The notes below the pieces were generated by a model. That model saw only the letters and a program-made list of their open reading frames with translations. It ran no database searches and was not told where the DNA came from. Source: an uncultured Acidobacteriota bacterium (lineage in GTDB: Bacteria > Acidobacteriota > Thermoanaerobaculia > UBA5066 > Gp7-AA6). From it: a DNA stretch of 64,000 nt. Both the position numbers and the translations under genes were made by a program. The stretch spans positions 320,001-384,000 of the forward strand of contig CAVXTP010000021.1 in NCBI GenBank assembly GCA_963764715.1, given 5' to 3'. Below, piece after piece: positions 10,587 to 20,035 of the stretch; position 1 is the stretch's first letter, and each line of letters starts with the position of its first letter.

Positions 10587-12987
10587 ATGTCTTGACCACG
10601 AAGACGGCCATCTGGCCCCGGGTGGCATTGTTGAGCGGGCAGTAGTTGCCTCCGCCGCAGCCGCCGGTGATCTGTTCCGCGTTGAGCTGCTCGATCCAGT
10701 CGGCAAACAGCGACGGGCAGGCGACGTCGGTGAAGGCGCCCGCGCAGGCCGGCGGGACGTAGCTCGGGCCGTGCTCGGCCTTCAGCAGGAAGGGGGCCAT
10801 CTGGTCGCGCCGGACGGGGTTGGCCGGACAGAAGTTGCCGTTGCCGCAGCCTCCGGTGATGTCCTCGGCCGCGAGGGCTTCGATCCAGTCGGCGAAGGTC
10901 GAGGGGCAGGGCACGTCGCCGAAGACTCCCGAGCAGGGCGGCGGAACGTAGCAGAGGCCGTGGCGGGCCTTGAGCAGGAAGACGGCCATCTGCTGGCGCA
11001 GCGTCGGCTGGTCGACGCCGTAGAGGCCGCCGCCCACACCGACGGTGATGGCGTTGGAGACGAGGGTCGTGACGAAGGAGTAGAACTGGTGGCCGCCGTC
11101 GACGTCGAGGAAGTCCGAGACCCAGCCTTTGACGAGGGTCCCGATGGTGCCGTCGGGAGTCGTCGCGACCACGTCGTTGACCGTTCCCGGAGCCAACGCG
11201 GGAGACGTCGTCGTCAGGGACCGGTCGTTGACGAAGGTTACCCCGGCGGCGGCGCCGCCGAACGTCAGCGTGGACGGGTCCTCGAAGTCCGTTCCGGAAA
11301 CGGCGATCGCCGTTCCGCCCGCACCGGGACCCGAAGTCGGACTGATCGAGAAGATGATCCGCTGCGAAAACTCGGAGGTGTTGCCCCCCGGGTCCGTCGC
11401 CGTCGCCGTGATGCGCGCCCCGGCCTCGACGACCACGGGAAGCGTCACGTCGAATAGAAACGTGCCGGCCCCGTCCGTCGTGACCTGGGAAGAGCCGAGG
11501 TAGGTCTCGCCCTCCAGGAATTCGCGCGGGAAATTGGAGCACGCCGGGTTGGCGTAGAAGTCCAGGTCGAACGTCGTCGAGGCGGCGGAGTGAAGGTGGC
11601 CCTGGATCCGGGTGCTCGCTCCGCCGGGGACCAGAGCGGTGACGGACGAGACGATCGGGAAGTTCTGCCGTCCGTTGGAGCCGGTGTCCGCGTCCCCAAT
11701 GTCGTTCGGATTGACGCCGTCGTTCGCGAGATCGATACCGAGATTGCCGTTGGAATGGATCGAGTTGCCGCGGATGGTCCAGCCCGAGCCGGACGCGCCG
11801 AACACGCCGGTGTCGTTGAACGCGATCGTGTTCCCTTCGCCCGGGTTCACGCCGCCGATGACGCTTCCCGCGGCGGGCGTCGCGAGATAGATTCCGATGC
11901 CCCCGTTGGGGACCGGCAGCAGGCCGGTGGGGTCCGTGCCGATGAAGTTGCCCTGGACGGTGTTCGCCGCTGCGCCGTCAACGAACTGGATTCCGTTGGC
12001 GTTTCCGGAAATGACGTTGCCAGCCCCCGCGGCCGATCCGCCGATCAAGTTGTCGTGCGGCGCGTTGTTCGTGTGGATCCCGACCACGGCCCCGACGCCG
12101 GCCGTCCCGGTGGCGTTTGTCCCGATGAAGTTGCCCTGGATCGTGTTGTGGTGCGATCCCGTGGCGAGCAGCAGCGCCGCGTTGCCGTAGACGACGTTGC
12201 CGGCGCCCGGCGCGGTCCCGCCGATGAGGTTGTCGTGTGCGTTCGCGGACATGGTGATGCCCGAGGTCGTGGCCGGAAGGAGGGTCAGGGCGGCAGTGCC
12301 CGCAGCATTGAGGCCGATGTAGTTGCCCTGGACGGTGTTGCTGCTGGCCAACTCGATGAGGAGATTGGCGCCGCCGGAGGCACCACCGCCCGCCATGACG
12401 TTGCGCCCCGCGGGCGTCGTACCGCCGACGAGGTTGCCCGAGGTACTGCTCAGGTAGGTGAGCCACGTCGAAACGGCCGGGATCGTCGTGCCGGTCGAAT
12501 CGGTACCGATGAAGTTGCCCTCGATGGTGCTTCCGCTGTTCTGGTCGACCCGGATGGCCGAGACGGTCCAGCGGTTGAGCACCAGCCCGCGGACCGTGGA
12601 ACCGCCGCCCCCGAGAAAGAGCCCGATGCCGGAGCCCACGTTCGTCCCGTCGAGCTCGATCCGGAGCACCGCGTCGTCGCCCACGGCGAGCGTGTTGACG
12701 CTCGAGCCGGGCTGCGTGTAGCCGTCGATCAGGACCGGGCCGGTCAGGTGATCGAGGGTCGTCGCCGGCGTGATCGTGTGCACGCCGGAGCCCGGGATGT
12801 TGAAGGCAATCGTGTCGGTGCCGGCGTTGGCGTTGGCGTCGAGGATCGCCTGGCGCAGCGACCCGGCGCCGCTGTCGTTGGTGTTCGTGACGGTGAACGT
12901 CGAGGCCGAAGCCGTCCCGGCCGCCGCGAATGCGAGGGCGACGGCGGGGACGATGCGACGAAGGCTCGATGCGATTCCGTTTCGCAT
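10573..12987 (-). CDS. Beta-helix/IPT/SLH surface protein (paralog 6)
   Basis: ATG 12987 ([11 protein letters not shown]..., RBS AAGGAG). Confidence 0.88.
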   Translation of the reverse strand: MRNGIASSLRRIVPAVALAFAAAGTASASTFTVTNTNDSGAGSLRQAILDANANAGTDTIAFNIPGSGVHTITPATTLDHLTGPVLIDGYTQPGSSVNTLAVGDDAVLRIELDGTNVGSGIGLFLGGGGSTVRGLVLNRWTVSAIRVDQNSGSTIEGNFIGTDSTGTTIPAVSTWLTYLSSTSGNLVGGTTPAGRNVMAGGGASGGANLLIELASSNTVQGNYIGLNAAGTAALTLLPATTSGITMSANAHDNLIGGTAPGAGNVVYGNAALLLATGSHHNTIQGNFIGTNATGTAGVGAVVGIHTNNAPHDNLIGGSAAGAGNVISGNANGIQFVDGAAANTVQGNFIGTDPTGLLPVPNGGIGIYLATPAAGSVIGGVNPGEGNTIAFNDTGVFGASGSGWTIRGNSIHSNGNLGIDLANDGVNPNDIGDADTGSNGRQNFPIVSSVTALVPGGASTRIQGHLHSAASTTFDLDFYANPACSNFPREFLEGETYLGSSQVTTDGAGTFLFDVTLPVVVEAGARITATATDPGGNTSEFSQRIIFSISPTSGPGAGGTAIAVSGTDFEDPSTLTFGGAAAGVTFVNDRSLTTTSPALAPGTVNDVVATTPDGTIGTLVKGWVSDFLDVDGGHQFYSFVTTLVSNAITVGVGGGLYGVDQPTLRQQMAVFLLKARHGLCYVPPPCSGVFGDVPCPSTFADWIEALAAEDITGGCGNGNFCPANPVRRDQMAPFLLKAEHGPSYVPPACAGAFTDVACPSLFADWIEQLNAEQITGGCGGGNYCPLNNATRGQMAVFVVKTFNLQ

Positions 12988-13039
12988 GAAGGACTCCTTA
13001 TGGATCGTCACCGGAACGGGTCCGGAGGTTGGATTGCGG

Positions 13040-15244
13040 TCACTGGAGATTGAAGGTCTTGACCACAAACGCGGCCATCTGGCCGCGCGTGGCGAGGTTG
13101 AGCGGGCAGTAATTGCCTCCGCCGCAACCGCCGGTGATGCTTTCCGCATTGAGCTGCTCGATCCAGTCGGCAAAGAGCGAGGGGCAGGCAACGTCGGCAA
13201 ATGTCCCCGCGCAGGCGGGAGGGACGTAGCTCGAGCCGTGCTCGGCTTTCAGGAGGAAGGGAGCCATCTGGTCGCGGCGGACGGGATTGGCGGGGCAGAA
13301 GTTTCCATTGCCGCAGCCCCCGGTGATGCCCTCGGCCGCGAGGGCCTCAATCCAGTCGGCGAAGGTGGAGGGGCAGGGCACGTCGGCGAACGTCCCGGTG
13401 CAGGGCGGCGGAACGTAGCAGAGGCCGTGGCGGGCCTTCAACAGGAAGACCGCCATCTGTTGACGCAGCGTCGGCTGGTCGACGCCGTAGTTACCGCCAC
13501 CGACCCCCGCGGTGATGCCGTTGGAGACGAGGGTCGTGACGAACGAGTAGAACTGCTGGTTGGCCGGGACGTCCAGGAAGTCCGCCACCCAGCCCTTGAT
13601 GAGAGTTCCCGTCGTACCGTCCGGCGTCGCAACGACGATGTCGTTGACCGTGCCGGGAGAGAGCGCGGGGCTCGTCGCCGTGAGGGTGTGATCGTCGACG
13701 AATCCGGGGCCCGCTGTCAGGCCGCCGATCGTCATCGTCGTCGGGTTGGCGAAGTCCGTGCCCGCGACGTTGAGAGCCATTCCGCCGGCGGCCGGCCCGG
13801 AAGCCTGGAACATACGGAAGATGATCCGCTGCGAGAACTCGGACGTGTTGCCGTTCGGGTCGGTCGCGGTGACGGAGACGCGGGCGCCCTGTTCGGTCGC
13901 TGCGGGCAGAATGACGTCGATGGACGCATGGCCGGTGCCGTCGGTCGTGACCTGCGAGGATCCGAGATAGCTCGGGCCTTCGAGGAACTCTCTCGGGAAG
14001 TTGGAGCAGGCGGCGTTGGCGTAGAAGTCGAGGTCGAAGGTCGTCGAGGCCGTGCTGTCGAGCTTGCCGACGATGTGCGTCGTGGCCCCCGTCGCGACCG
14101 TCTGGAGGATCGGAAAGTTCTGGAGACCGTTCGCGCCATTGTCGGCGTCGGCGGGATCGTTGAAGTTCGGCTGTCCGTCGCCGTTGAGGTCGATGCCGAG
14201 GCCGGCGTTGTCATGGATCGTGTTGCCCCGGATGACGTTGCGTTGACCCGAGTTCGAGATAAGGATTCCGGCGCCGCCGTTGTAGGCGATCGTGTTGGCC
14301 GCGCCGGGGGCGAGCCCACCGATCGTGGCGTCGTTGGACTCGTGGATGTTGATCCCGCCGAGCGCGTTGCCGAGCGGTGCCGTGCCATCGGCCGTCGTGC
14401 CGATCTGGTTGCCCTGGAACACGACGGCGGCCTGTAGGAAGACGGCGTAGAGACTGTTGCCCGAGATCACGTTGCCGGCGCCGGGTGCGGTTCCGCCGAC
14501 GGTCGCCGGGGCATTGGAGTAGAGGCCGTCGGCATTGGGGAGGGCGTGCATGCCGGTGGCATCCGTGCCGATGAGATTCCCCTCGACGCGCGATCCCGCC
14601 GCGCCCCCGACGAGCTGGATGGCTCCCGCAAAGATGGCGGCGGTGTTTCCGGAAACGAGATTCCGGTCGGCGGGCGTCGTTCCACCGACGAGGTCGCCGG
14701 GGGCGTTGATCTGGATCGCCTCGTTGTTGGGGCTGGCGGCCATGCCGGTGGGATCCGTTCCGAAGAAGCATCCGCGGATGACGTTGCCGCCGCCGGCGCC
14801 GGGGTTGAACGTCTGCAAGCCCTGGAGCCAGCGATTGACGACCAGGCCCTGGACCGTGCTGTTGCCCCCGGTGATGTTCAGCCCGAGTCCGTTGGCCACG
14901 AGGCTGCCGTCGAGCTCGATTCGAAGGACGGCGTTCGTCCCGACCGGGTCGGTGTTGACGCTCGATCCGGGCTGCGTGTATCCGTCGATCAGGACGGGGC
15001 CGGTCAGGAACGGCAGTGCCGTCGCCGGAGTAATCGTGTGGACGCCCGTGCCCGGGATATCGAAAGCGATCGTGTCGGCGCCCGCAGCCGCGTTGGCGTC
15101 GAGGATGGCCTGGCGCAACGAGCCAGCGCCCGAGTCGTTCGTGTTGGTCACGGTAAACGTCGCGGCGTCGAGCCGATCCGCCGGCGAAAAGAGCCAGGCG
15201 AGCGCGAGGCCGAGACCGACGACCGACGAGGTGCGAATCTTCAA
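13040..15244 (-). CDS. Beta-helix/IPT/SLH surface protein (paralog 7)
   Basis: TTG start 15244 after AAAGGAG; signal peptide MKIRTSSVVGLGLALAWLFSPA. Confidence 0.85.
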   Translation of the reverse strand: MKIRTSSVVGLGLALAWLFSPADRLDAATFTVTNTNDSGAGSLRQAILDANAAAGADTIAFDIPGTGVHTITPATALPFLTGPVLIDGYTQPGSSVNTDPVGTNAVLRIELDGSLVANGLGLNITGGNSTVQGLVVNRWLQGLQTFNPGAGGGNVIRGCFFGTDPTGMAASPNNEAIQINAPGDLVGGTTPADRNLVSGNTAAIFAGAIQLVGGAAGSRVEGNLIGTDATGMHALPNADGLYSNAPATVGGTAPGAGNVISGNSLYAVFLQAAVVFQGNQIGTTADGTAPLGNALGGINIHESNDATIGGLAPGAANTIAYNGGAGILISNSGQRNVIRGNTIHDNAGLGIDLNGDGQPNFNDPADADNGANGLQNFPILQTVATGATTHIVGKLDSTASTTFDLDFYANAACSNFPREFLEGPSYLGSSQVTTDGTGHASIDVILPAATEQGARVSVTATDPNGNTSEFSQRIIFRMFQASGPAAGGMALNVAGTDFANPTTMTIGGLTAGPGFVDDHTLTATSPALSPGTVNDIVVATPDGTTGTLIKGWVADFLDVPANQQFYSFVTTLVSNGITAGVGGGNYGVDQPTLRQQMAVFLLKARHGLCYVPPPCTGTFADVPCPSTFADWIEALAAEGITGGCGNGNFCPANPVRRDQMAPFLLKAEHGSSYVPPACAGTFADVACPSLFADWIEQLNAESITGGCGGGNYCPLNLATRGQMAAFVVKTFNLQ

Positions 15245-15302
15245 GGCGAACTCCTTTGTCTCCCCGGAGGGGGACGCCACGTTTGGGACGGCGAACGGGT
15301 GG

Positions 15303-15650
15303 CTAGCGCGGAGGAGGTGCGCGCGAGGAGCGCGATTCGGAGAAAGCCGGGTCGAGGAGCGCGTCGTCGCCGTCGGGATGAACGCCGCCGGCGTCTTGCG
15401 GCGGGGGCGTCGTCGGTCCCTGGCCGATCCGGAGGGTCGCATGGGCCGGCCCGTGGAAAGCGGATGCGGCGCCCGACTCGAGACGGTCGGCGTCGTCGTC
15501 GGGGAGCGGGTCGGCCGTTGCTCCGCGCTCGACGGGAAGCAGAGCGAGGGAGACGAGAAGAAGGAGAACGAGGGCAGGAAGCGCCCGGCGCCAGCGGGCG
15601 CTTGCCGATGTCCCTCGACGGGAACGCCGGTTCCTCGGTCGGCAGGTCAC
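15303..15650 (-). CDS. Small protein with N-terminal hydrophobic segment and C-terminal RAPP motif (candidate arrest peptide)
   Basis: GTG overlaps the stop of paralog 8 (GTGA); 115 aa: basic N-region, ALPALVLLLLVSLALLPV, acidic/Pro-rich linker, ends SRSSRAPPPR*. Confidence 0.6.
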   Translation of the reverse strand: MTCRPRNRRSRRGTSASARWRRALPALVLLLLVSLALLPVERGATADPLPDDDADRLESGAASAFHGPAHATLRIGQGPTTPPPQDAGGVHPDGDDALLDPAFSESRSSRAPPPR

Positions 15651-17938
15651 TGAAGATGGAAGGTCTTGACGACGAACACCGCCATTTGTCCGCGGGTGGC
15701 GTTGGTGAGCGGGCAGTAGGTGCCTGCGCCACAGCCGCCGGTGATGCTTTCCGCGTTGAGCTGTTCGATCCAGTCGGCGAAGAGGGACGGGCAGGGCACG
15801 TCCGAGAAGATGCCCGCGCAGGCCGGCGGGACGTAGCTCGAGCCGTGCTCGGCCTTGAGCAGGAACGGGGCCATCTGGTCGCGCCGGACGGGGTTGGCCG
15901 GGCAGAAGTTGCCTCCGCCGCAACCCCCGGTGATCCCCTCGGCCGCCAGGGCCTCGACCCAGTCGGCGAACGTCGAGGGGCAGGGCACGTCGCCGAAGAC
16001 TCCGGAGCAGGGCGGGGGAACGTAGCAGAGGCCGTGCCGGGCCTTGAGCAGGAAGACGGCCATCTGGCGGCGGAGCGTCGGCTGATCGACGCCGTAGTTG
16101 CCGCCTCCCACGCCGACGGTGATCGTGTTGGAGACGAGGGTCGTGACGAAGCCGTGGAAGGGATGGGCGTCGGGCGCGTCGAGGAAGTCGGCGACCCAGC
16201 CGTTCGAGAGGACGCCGATGTTGGCGGGCGTGTTGACGACGACGTCGTTGAAGGTCCCCGGCGGGAGCGCGGGCGAGGTGGTGTTGAGCGACTGCGAGTC
16301 GACGAAGGTGACCGGGACGGACTGGCCGCCGATCGTCATCGTCGTCGGGTCGACGAAGTCGGTCCCGGAGGCGGTGAGGGGCGTGCCGCCGGTGGCCGGG
16401 CCGGAGGCCGGGCTGATCGAGAAGATGATCCGCTGCGAGAACTCGGACGTGTTGCCGGCGGGGTCGGTCGCCGTGGCCGAGATGCGGACGCCGGCCTCGG
16501 TCGCGATCGGCAGCGTCACGTCGATCGCAGCGTCGCCCGAGCCGTCGGTCGTCACCTGGGTCGAGCCCAGATAGGTCTGGCCCTCCAGGAACTCGCGGGG
16601 GAAGGCGGCGCAGGCGGGGTTGGCGAAAAACTCGAGGTCGAAGGTCGTCGAGGCGACGCCGTGAAAGTCTCCCAGGATCCGGGTGCTGCCCGCCCCCTGA
16701 GGGCCGAGGTGTTCGACGGACTGGATCAACGGGAAGTTCTGCAGCCCGTTGGGCCCGCTGTCCCCGTCGCCGACGTCGTTCGGCGTGACGCCCCCGTTCG
16801 GTGTGAGGTCGATTCCCAGAGTGCCGTTGTCGAAGATCGAGTTTCGGCGAATGGTGGCCGGCATCAAGCCGCCTGTCCCCACGTAGCCGGCCACACCGTA
16901 GAGCCGGTTCCCCGAGATCACATTGCGCTCGACGAGCGCCGGGCGGTTGACGTCGAGTGGAATGCCGACGTCGAATCGGTAGATGGAGTTATCCGTAATG
17001 ACCGAGGAACCCCCGGTCTGGGTCACGTAGATGGCGAACTGCGTCGAGGCGGAGCCGTTTGCGGCGGAGTCGTGGAAGAGGTTTCGGGACACCGTGATCG
17101 TGCCGATCGGGCCGACGCCCGGGCTGCTGAAATCGATGCCGTCGAACGAGCCGTTGAACTCGTTCTGCTCGATCGTGACCGTGTCCACGGCGGGATTGAG
17201 AATGACGATGCTGCGCCAGCGCGTGAAGCCGAGCAGGTTCTTCTGGATCGTGTGGTTGCCGCCTCCCGTGATCCGGATCAGGTTGTTCTGGGTCTGGGTT
17301 GGCGCTCCCGGGTTGGTGTAGCTCGTCGCACCGGCTCCGATCACGTTGCCCTCGACGACGACTCCGCTCCCGCTCTGGATGTCGATGTTTCCGCTCCCGG
17401 TACCGACTCCGGAGAAGTCGCCGCCTCCGTGGAGCGAAAGGCCGCGGATGGTCACGGCATCGGCCTGGACGGTGAGGATGGCGCCGGAGAGATTGCGGCC
17501 GTCGATCTCGACCTCCGGCCCGTTCAACTGCGGCAGGGCGGGCTCGTCCCCGGTTCCGGTCCGGCCGTCCGGCCCGGTGCCGACGGTGCCGCCGGTTCCG
17601 AGCGTCACGTCGTTGGTGTTGCCGCCGTTGGCCGTCTGCGTGGCCCCGTCGATCGTGGTTCCCGGACACGTGATCACCGGGAGCGGGGTCAGCGGCGTGA
17701 TGACGGCGACGCCGTTCGTCAGCAGCCCGCCCGGAACGTCGAAGGCGATCAGGTGCCCTCCTCCGTTCGGGGAGTCCGCAGAGAGGCTCTGGCGAACGGG
17801 CGGGACGCAGCCCTGCGCGTCGGTCAGGGCCTGCCGGAGAGAGCCTGGCCCGGAGTCGTCCGTGTTCGTCACGGTGAACGTGGCTGCGGAGAGGGGCAGC
17901 GAGCTGACGCAGAGGAGGATCGAGGCGACTCGCTTCAT
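15647..17938 (-). CDS. Beta-helix/IPT/SLH surface protein (paralog 8; divergent passenger)
   Basis: ATG 17938 (MKRVASILL...); N-terminal insertions including GNTNDVTLGTGGTVGTGPDG...PEVEI. Confidence 0.88.
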   Translation of the reverse strand: MKRVASILLCVSSLPLSAATFTVTNTDDSGPGSLRQALTDAQGCVPPVRQSLSADSPNGGGHLIAFDVPGGLLTNGVAVITPLTPLPVITCPGTTIDGATQTANGGNTNDVTLGTGGTVGTGPDGRTGTGDEPALPQLNGPEVEIDGRNLSGAILTVQADAVTIRGLSLHGGGDFSGVGTGSGNIDIQSGSGVVVEGNVIGAGATSYTNPGAPTQTQNNLIRITGGGNHTIQKNLLGFTRWRSIVILNPAVDTVTIEQNEFNGSFDGIDFSSPGVGPIGTITVSRNLFHDSAANGSASTQFAIYVTQTGGSSVITDNSIYRFDVGIPLDVNRPALVERNVISGNRLYGVAGYVGTGGLMPATIRRNSIFDNGTLGIDLTPNGGVTPNDVGDGDSGPNGLQNFPLIQSVEHLGPQGAGSTRILGDFHGVASTTFDLEFFANPACAAFPREFLEGQTYLGSTQVTTDGSGDAAIDVTLPIATEAGVRISATATDPAGNTSEFSQRIIFSISPASGPATGGTPLTASGTDFVDPTTMTIGGQSVPVTFVDSQSLNTTSPALPPGTFNDVVVNTPANIGVLSNGWVADFLDAPDAHPFHGFVTTLVSNTITVGVGGGNYGVDQPTLRRQMAVFLLKARHGLCYVPPPCSGVFGDVPCPSTFADWVEALAAEGITGGCGGGNFCPANPVRRDQMAPFLLKAEHGSSYVPPACAGIFSDVPCPSLFADWIEQLNAESITGGCGAGTYCPLTNATRGQMAVFVVKTFHLQ

Positions 17939-17946
17939 GGTGTCCT

Positions 17947-20013
17947 CTATTGAAGGCCGAAGGTTTTGATGATGAACACGGCCATCTGTCCGCGGGTCGA
18001 GGAATTGTCCGGGCAGTAGAGGGGAGGCGCGACGTTGCATCCGCCGGTGATCTGCTCGGCGGCGAGCTGCTCGATGAAATCGACGGCCGGCGCGCCCGGA
18101 CAGGCGACGTCGTCGAAGACGCCCGTGCAGGCCGGGGGCACGTAGCTCGATCCGTGCTTGGTCTTCAGAAGGAAAACGGCCATCTGCCGCCGGGTGACGA
18201 GGTTGTTCGGGCAGAAGTTGCCTCCGCCGCAACCGGTAGTGATGCCCTGGGCGGCGAGCGCCTCGATCCAGTCGGCGAACGTGGAGGGGCAGGGGACGTC
18301 GGGGAAGGCGCTCGCGCAAGGGGGCGGGACGTAGCAGAGGCCGTGCTCGGCCTTCAGCAGGAAGACCGCCATCTGCTGCCGCTTGGTGCCCTGGTCGACG
18401 CCGAAGTTGCCGCCGCCCACGCCCACCGTGATGGCGTTGGAGACGAGGGTCGTGATGAAGGAGTAGAAAGGATGAACGCCCGGGACGTCCAGGAAGTCAG
18501 AGACGAATCCCTTCGCTAGCGTCGAGGCACTGCCGTCGAGGTTGGTCACGGCGATGTCGTTGACGGTTCCGGCGGCCAGGGGCGGCGCGGTTACCGAAAG
18601 CTGCGTGAAGGACGTGACGTCGATGCCGGTCGCGGGAACGCCGCCCACGGTGACCGTGGCGCCGTCGAGGAAGTCGGTGCCCGTGAGTGAGAGAAGGGTG
18701 CCGCCGGCGGGTGGTCCCGAGGAAACGCTCGTCCGGAACGGCATTCGCTGCGAGAACTCGGATGTCGCCCCCGTCGGGCCGGTTGCCGTGGATGTGATCC
18801 GGGCACCGGCGGCTACGGATACCGGCAGGGTGACGTCGAAGACCCCCGTGCCCGAGCCATCCGTCGTGACCTGACCCGAGCCGATGTAGCTCTGGCCTTC
18901 GAGGAACTCGCGAGGGAACGAGGTGCAGGCGAGGTTCTCGTAGAAGTCGAGGTCGAAGGTCGTGGAGGGCTGGGAGTGGAGCACTCCTTGGATTCGCGTG
19001 GAGGCGCCCGCGACGAGCTGGGAGGTCACCGAGGAGACGATGGGGAAGTTCTGCTGCCCGTTCGCTCCGCCGTCGCCGTCGCCCGCGTCGTTCGGCATCG
19101 GCAGGCTCAGGTCGGACTGACCGCTCAGGCGGATGCCCAACGCGCCGTTGTCGAAGATGGAGTTTCCGCGGATCGTGAGCGTCTGCGAGTCGCCGCTCGC
19201 GCCGATGCCGATGCTGGAATTGCCCGAGATGATGTTGCCTTCTTCGGGCGTGAGGCCGCCGATCGTCGACGTCGTCGGCCCGAGCCCCGAGAACGAAATG
19301 CCGAACTGCACGTTCGGGATCGCTCCGGCGGCGTTCTTGTCGAGACCTATGATGTTCCCCTGGATGACGGAGGTCGAGCCTCCGTTGAAGTTGCTCGTCA
19401 CGCTGATCCCGACGTTGGAGTTGCCGGAGATCAGGTTGCGATCCGCCGCGTTCGTTCCTCCGATCGTGGCGCCGACGGTTCCGCCCTGGGGGAACGCGAT
19501 GTCGACTCCGATCGCATTGGGCGACGCGGAGAGTCCGGTCGGGTCCGTGCCGATGAAGTTGCCGGCGACGACGATGCCCGTGGGGCTCGCCGAGATGGGG
19601 TTGAAGAGCTGGATGGCATCGCTGCACCGGTTGACGACGAGACCCCGCACCGTCGCGTCGCTGGCGCCGATCGTGAGGCATCGGTTCGGCGCCGAGGTGC
19701 CGTCGATCTCGATCTGCAGCACCGTGTTGAGCGCCCCGGTCGCGTTGGTGTTCGGGGCGCTGCCGGGCTGGGTGTAGCCGTCGATCGTCACCGGGTTCGA
19801 GATGATCGGCAACAGCGAGAGGGGCGTGATGGTGTGGACCCCCGCGCCCGGGATGTTGAAGGCGATGGTGTCGGGTCCGGGGCTGGCCTCGGCGTCGAGG
19901 ATCGCCTGGCGCAGCGATCCCGCGCCGGCATCGTTCGTGTTCGTCACCGTGAAGGTCGCGGCGAGGAGAGGCCGGGCGAGACCGCAGAGAAGGATGGTTG
20001 TGAAGCGCTTCAT
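17947..20013 (-). CDS. Beta-helix/IPT/SLH surface protein (paralog 9)
   Basis: 688 aa; shorter beta-helix; GAPAVDFIE-type tail. Confidence 0.9.
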   Translation of the reverse strand: MKRFTTILLCGLARPLLAATFTVTNTNDAGAGSLRQAILDAEASPGPDTIAFNIPGAGVHTITPLSLLPIISNPVTIDGYTQPGSAPNTNATGALNTVLQIEIDGTSAPNRCLTIGASDATVRGLVVNRCSDAIQLFNPISASPTGIVVAGNFIGTDPTGLSASPNAIGVDIAFPQGGTVGATIGGTNAADRNLISGNSNVGISVTSNFNGGSTSVIQGNIIGLDKNAAGAIPNVQFGISFSGLGPTTSTIGGLTPEEGNIISGNSSIGIGASGDSQTLTIRGNSIFDNGALGIRLSGQSDLSLPMPNDAGDGDGGANGQQNFPIVSSVTSQLVAGASTRIQGVLHSQPSTTFDLDFYENLACTSFPREFLEGQSYIGSGQVTTDGSGTGVFDVTLPVSVAAGARITSTATGPTGATSEFSQRMPFRTSVSSGPPAGGTLLSLTGTDFLDGATVTVGGVPATGIDVTSFTQLSVTAPPLAAGTVNDIAVTNLDGSASTLAKGFVSDFLDVPGVHPFYSFITTLVSNAITVGVGGGNFGVDQGTKRQQMAVFLLKAEHGLCYVPPPCASAFPDVPCPSTFADWIEALAAQGITTGCGGGNFCPNNLVTRRQMAVFLLKTKHGSSYVPPACTGVFDDVACPGAPAVDFIEQLAAEQITGGCNVAPPLYCPDNSSTRGQMAVFIIKTFGLQ

Positions 20014-20035
20014 GTTTGTCTCCTACGACAAGCCG

